Made by a program: the position numbers and the translations under genes | Shown here: piece by piece, positions 60,366 to 64,000 of the stretch | Position numbering within the stretch: position 1 is the first letter of the stretch | Layout of the letters: each line of letters begins with the position of its first letter | DNA from: Candidatus Poribacteria bacterium | Lineage (GTDB): Bacteria; Poribacteria; WGA-4E; WGA-3G | DNA length: 64,000 nucleotides | NCBI GenBank assembly: GCA_965198235.1 | Contig: OZ240248.1 | Coordinates: 4,000,001 to 4,064,000, forward strand | Direction: 5' to 3' | The notes under the pieces: generated by a model | What the model saw: the letters and a program-made list of their open reading frames with translations, nothing else | The model's database searches: none | Told to the model about the DNA's origin: nothing

Positions 60366-61666
60366 TCTTTCAGTTCAATTCTAACGTAAGCGTTTTCAAG
60401 AAGTTTGTTGGTATATGCGTCCCATTCCTCTTGGAACCGCTGCTGGCGGAGTATTGAAGTGATCTGTCGTTTTTCTGTCTCACTGAGATTCGGACTATTT
60501 CGCTCATCGACCTTAAAGATGTGAAGACCTGATTCAGTTTCGTGGGGTTGACTGTAAGTATCAGGTTCGAGTGCTTCAATGATTGTCCGAGTCTTAGGAT
60601 TGAGTTCCGTTAAGGAGCGGACCCCGAGGTCCCCACCGTTATCTCGCGTTTCAGTATCGTCGGAATGTGCCACTGCAAGTGTGTTGAAATCTTCGCTGTT
60701 TTCCAGTTTTTTGAAAACTTCAACAATACGCTCGCGTGCCTCCTGCATAGCCTGTGCGCCCGGTGTGAGCGGAACAATGAGATACCGAAATGCAATCATC
60801 TTATCGGTTTTCATTTCGACAATGAAAACATAGAGTCCCTCGTTTCCCTCAACCGGCTCGCTGAGTTTGCCAGCCTCCAAGTTTGTGAGCACGTTTTGAA
60901 ATATCTTTGGAAATCTCTCGAGCTCCTCAGTCGTAGCTTCTATGAGAATTCCTGCTTGTGAACTTGGGTTCTGCTTAGAGGTGTATCGTTGTGCGACCTC
61001 CTCAAACTTCGTGCCATCTGTTGTGATTTCATTGAGAGCTTCATTAACAATTTCAAACGCGGCATCCCGGTCGGCTTGATTCGGTTTAAAGGCGACAAAA
61101 ATGTGCCGCAAATGGACCTTATCTGTTTTAGTGGGCAGTTGGTCCCGATTTTCCTCAAAAAACTTTTGGATCTCGCGCTCTCGCACTTGCAATCGCGGGA
61201 CAATTCTTCCCATGACCAGCTTCTCTGCTTTCAGGTTTCGCTCTGACTGCTCCCGAAACGCTACGAGTGTCATACCCTCTCTGTTTAATTGCTTTTTAAA
61301 CTCCTCATCTGTTTCAATTTCATATCTCTTTTTAAAGTCTTGAATGTACTGCTCAATTTCTACGTCGCTGACGGTAACTTTCAGGGTTAGTGCGGCTTCC
61401 AAAAGGAGCATTTGCCTGATAAGTCGGTCAAGTAACTGAGACCTTTGTCGCTCAGCCTCGTTGAGTGCCTCCCGTTCGCTGAAACGATAAACTTGCTGGA
61501 GTTCCATGGCGCGCTGATTCACTAAGACATCAAGTTCTCGCTTGGTCACGACATCGTCATTAACGTAAGCGATGATTCTGTCAAATGTGCGAGCAACACT
61601 ACTCCGCACACCACTGCCGATGAGTAGTAGAATGAGCATGAAATAGGCAGCTACTTTGTAAGCCAT
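60359..61666 (-). CDS. surA: SurA-like periplasmic chaperone/PPIase
   Basis: DRIIAYVNDDVVT N-domain, LRHIF, NGGDLG, two parvulin domains; upstream of lptD. Confidence 0.8.
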   Translation of the reverse strand: MAYKVAAYFMLILLLIGSGVRSSVARTFDRIIAYVNDDVVTKRELDVLVNQRAMELQQVYRFSEREALNEAERQRSQLLDRLIRQMLLLEAALTLKVTVSDVEIEQYIQDFKKRYEIETDEEFKKQLNREGMTLVAFREQSERNLKAEKLVMGRIVPRLQVREREIQKFFEENRDQLPTKTDKVHLRHIFVAFKPNQADRDAAFEIVNEALNEITTDGTKFEEVAQRYTSKQNPSSQAGILIEATTEELERFPKIFQNVLTNLEAGKLSEPVEGNEGLYVFIVEMKTDKMIAFRYLIVPLTPGAQAMQEARERIVEVFKKLENSEDFNTLAVAHSDDTETRDNGGDLGVRSLTELNPKTRTIIEALEPDTYSQPHETESGLHIFKVDERNSPNLSETEKRQITSILRQQRFQEEWDAYTNKLLENAYVRIELKDF

Positions 61667-61732
61667 GTGAACGCCTCCATTATTGTAGGGATGAGGCGCG
61701 ATCGTCAGATCGCGCCTCAATTACGGAAAAGG

Positions 61733-62767
61733 TTATTCTTCAGGTTCTGCCTCTACAGGCGGATCTTCGGGTTGCTCTTCCGCCGGTGGCTCTTCGGTTT
61801 CTTCAGGTTCTGCCTCTGGAATACGATCTATGTACGTTTTGACCTCGGCGCGTTCGCGAAGTTGAGCAATCCAGTTGTCCATGAGTTCTTGTCGCCTCTC
61901 GCGTTCCGCTTTTCGGACAACGCTCTTACGAACATCCTCCTCCTCAAACGGTTTTTGGTATTCATCGCGAGCTTCGTCTTTTCGGAACATCATATAGTAT
62001 TTTTGCCCCTGAACTTCGACTTCGATGACACCATCGTGCAACTGACCGATCTCCGCAGCAAACGCTGCATCTAAGAAGGGTTCAGTTCCCGCAGGGAAGG
62101 CACTCCGACTAATATAGTCGGTGTCACCCGGAGTGGCTGGATTTGCACCGGGACCGACGAGTTCACCACGATCAGAGAGTTCCTGAGCGATTTCAAGGAT
62201 GGCTTTGCCTTCCTTGATTTGCGCGTAAACTTCATCAGCCCGCTCTTTATTGAGGAGCGTGACACAGGAAAGCCTCACCTGCTCAGGACGAATGTACTCC
62301 TGTTTGTTCGCTTCGTAGTGCTGAACATAGTCGTCTTCAGTCAAAGAGAGTTGGTCGTCGACCTCCTGAGCAGTAATCTTCTTAACCATCAACTCGTGAA
62401 GATAATCCTGAACCTTCTTGAGAATTTCCGGGTCTTCGTTGAGTTTTTCATCTCGGGCAAGACTGAGAATTAGGCGACTCTCCGCCATGAGGACCATATA
62501 GGTTTCCAGCCCCTCTTTGTCCTGATATTGACGCTGTTTGTATTCGGGGAGTTCGCTAATTTCCTGCATCATCTCTTCAAGGGTGATGCGTTGTTTGCCG
62601 TTCCACTCAAATTCAGCGATGACCGTTCCATCGGCACCGATCGCCTTGTCGCCACAACTATAGAAAACAGGATGTGTGACAAGGACTCCGAGTAAAAGTA
62701 ACGGGATAACCGGAAATCCGGACTGATTATTAATTCTGCCCATGAAGCGGGCAACTACTGTGAGCAT
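61733..62767 (-). CDS. PrsA/PpiC-like foldase lipoprotein (copy 1)
   Basis: YSC lipobox-like motif, YEANKQEY...PEQVR, KPFEE, LRERAEVK. Confidence 0.7.
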   Translation of the reverse strand: MLTVVARFMGRINNQSGFPVIPLLLLGVLVTHPVFYSCGDKAIGADGTVIAEFEWNGKQRITLEEMMQEISELPEYKQRQYQDKEGLETYMVLMAESRLILSLARDEKLNEDPEILKKVQDYLHELMVKKITAQEVDDQLSLTEDDYVQHYEANKQEYIRPEQVRLSCVTLLNKERADEVYAQIKEGKAILEIAQELSDRGELVGPGANPATPGDTDYISRSAFPAGTEPFLDAAFAAEIGQLHDGVIEVEVQGQKYYMMFRKDEARDEYQKPFEEEDVRKSVVRKAERERRQELMDNWIAQLRERAEVKTYIDRIPEAEPEETEEPPAEEQPEDPPVEAEPEE

Positions 62768-62834
62768 TTATCTAACTCCTTTTCTCAACCCAGCCCTTTG
62801 GCTGGGGACGTTGCTTCCACAAAATGGGAATAGA

Positions 62835-63803
62835 CTACTGATCTGATTCCTCGGTCTCCGCTTCTTCTATTTTCGGCGGTTCCGGAATATTTTCAGGATA
62901 GGTTTTTAACTTGCCTTTCTCAGTAATTTCGGCGACCCACTCATTGATGCGTGCGCGTTTCTTGGCGCGTTCAACAGTTCTTCGGACATCGTCTTTGACC
63001 TCGTCGAATTCCTGTTGGCGGTCCGGATGATGCTCTTCTTTACGGAAGATGAGGTAGAAGGTCTCCTCATTGACATCAATCTCAAAAAGGGTATCCGTCA
63101 TTTCACCAACTTCTTGGTCAAATACAGCCTCAGTGAATTCCAACCAACGCGGTGATGCGGATTTGGTGAACATGTAGGTATTCCCCGGATCGTCCTCATT
63201 GGTGCCAGGTCCGTTGGCGAGTTTACCTGCCTCAGCGAGCTCCTTTGTCATCTCAACGATGTCTTTGCCTGCGTTGATGGCATCCAGGGTCTCGTTGGCA
63301 AAATCTTCATCATCAAGGGTAATGCAGGTCGCGCGAGCTTTGGCTGCCTCAATGTACTCACTCAAATTCGCTTGATAATACGCCATGAGATCCTCATCGG
63401 TAATGGCGATTTTGGCATCCACTTCTACTTCGGTCAATTTTTCAACCATCAGCTGATGAGTATAGTCCTCAAGCTTTTTGACGTGTTCAGCAAGTGAATC
63501 AAACCCTTCATCCGCAGCACGAAGGATTTGGAGCCGTTCATCTATGAGTTCCTCAAGATACTCGGCTTTGTCTACCCGAGCCTTATAGTTCTGTTGACGA
63601 TAAACCGGCAATTCTGCGATGGCAGCGTTCAAATCTGCCAACGAAACTTGATACGGCTTGCCGTTCCATTTGTACTCCGCCAAAATCACCTTGCTTTCAT
63701 CCATAGCAGACATGGGTTGTTCATGGCCATCGGACTGAACAAACCTCCATGTCAGTAAACAGGTCAGAGTAACAATTACAAAGATAGCAATCGTTTTTTT
63801 CAT
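62835..63803 (-). CDS. PrsA/PpiC-like foldase (copy 2)
   Basis: Paralog of preceding gene; ITDEDLMAYYQAN, EFDEVKDDV; probable start MKKTIAIF. Confidence 0.7.
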   Translation of the reverse strand: MKKTIAIFVIVTLTCLLTWRFVQSDGHEQPMSAMDESKVILAEYKWNGKPYQVSLADLNAAIAELPVYRQQNYKARVDKAEYLEELIDERLQILRAADEGFDSLAEHVKKLEDYTHQLMVEKLTEVEVDAKIAITDEDLMAYYQANLSEYIEAAKARATCITLDDEDFANETLDAINAGKDIVEMTKELAEAGKLANGPGTNEDDPGNTYMFTKSASPRWLEFTEAVFDQEVGEMTDTLFEIDVNEETFYLIFRKEEHHPDRQQEFDEVKDDVRRTVERAKKRARINEWVAEITEKGKLKTYPENIPEPPKIEEAETEESDQ

Positions 63804-64000
63804 ATTTTTAATGTTCCTTGCGGTTCGGTCAGGTCGGTTTGGGAAATGAAGTGCCTTTCCGTATATCCAGCCCGTCCGTTGGTTAGGCTTACGCGCTTTG
63901 GACACTACGCGTAGCACGTCTTTTTTAGTTGACCCTTCGTTTTTACGATTACGCAACAAACAACCTGAGCGTTTGTTGCAATTCGGTCAACATATTCGCG

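Noticed and set aside
1-64000. tRNA, rRNA, transposase, integrase, cas or reverse transcriptase genes
   Set aside because: None recognised by eye; the GTTCGAGTC in the 26.3/60.2 kb element resembles a T-loop but lacks a cloverleaf context

Overview
64-kb bacterial chromosomal window, probably Candidatus Poribacteria. That assignment is inferred from secreted proteins ending in a V(E/D)PxGKLxTxWxxIK motif, the sulfatase/LamG/sugar-catabolism gene content and the dense intergenic repeats. Housekeeping content: BatC/BatD, sugar and sulfate catabolism, MacB-type permeases, a PPi-type PFK, and an lptD-surA-foldase cluster. Two defence regions are present. The first (15.7-23.8 kb) is a type I R-M locus with a frameshifted hsdR that carries a PIN toxin-antitoxin pair and an unannotated three-gene cassette. 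The second (45.2-56.2 kb) is a hollowed-out type I R-M locus full of orphan antitoxins and TA remnants. Most unusual observations: (i) an orphan single-spacer mini-CRISPR array with its own consensus promoter (2185-2334); (ii) a 21-nt sequence, GGAAACACCCAAGCAAAAACA, inserted into several unrelated REP-like elements and expanded into a unit array at one site; (iii) an LptD-like protein with about 440 aa of parvulin PPIase domains inserted; (iv) a conserved two-hairpin 5' leader with compensatory changes upstream of tandem secreted paralogs; (v) a putative ART-like toxin with a duplicated partner inside the R-M locus. All calls come from reading motifs by eye; no database searches were run.
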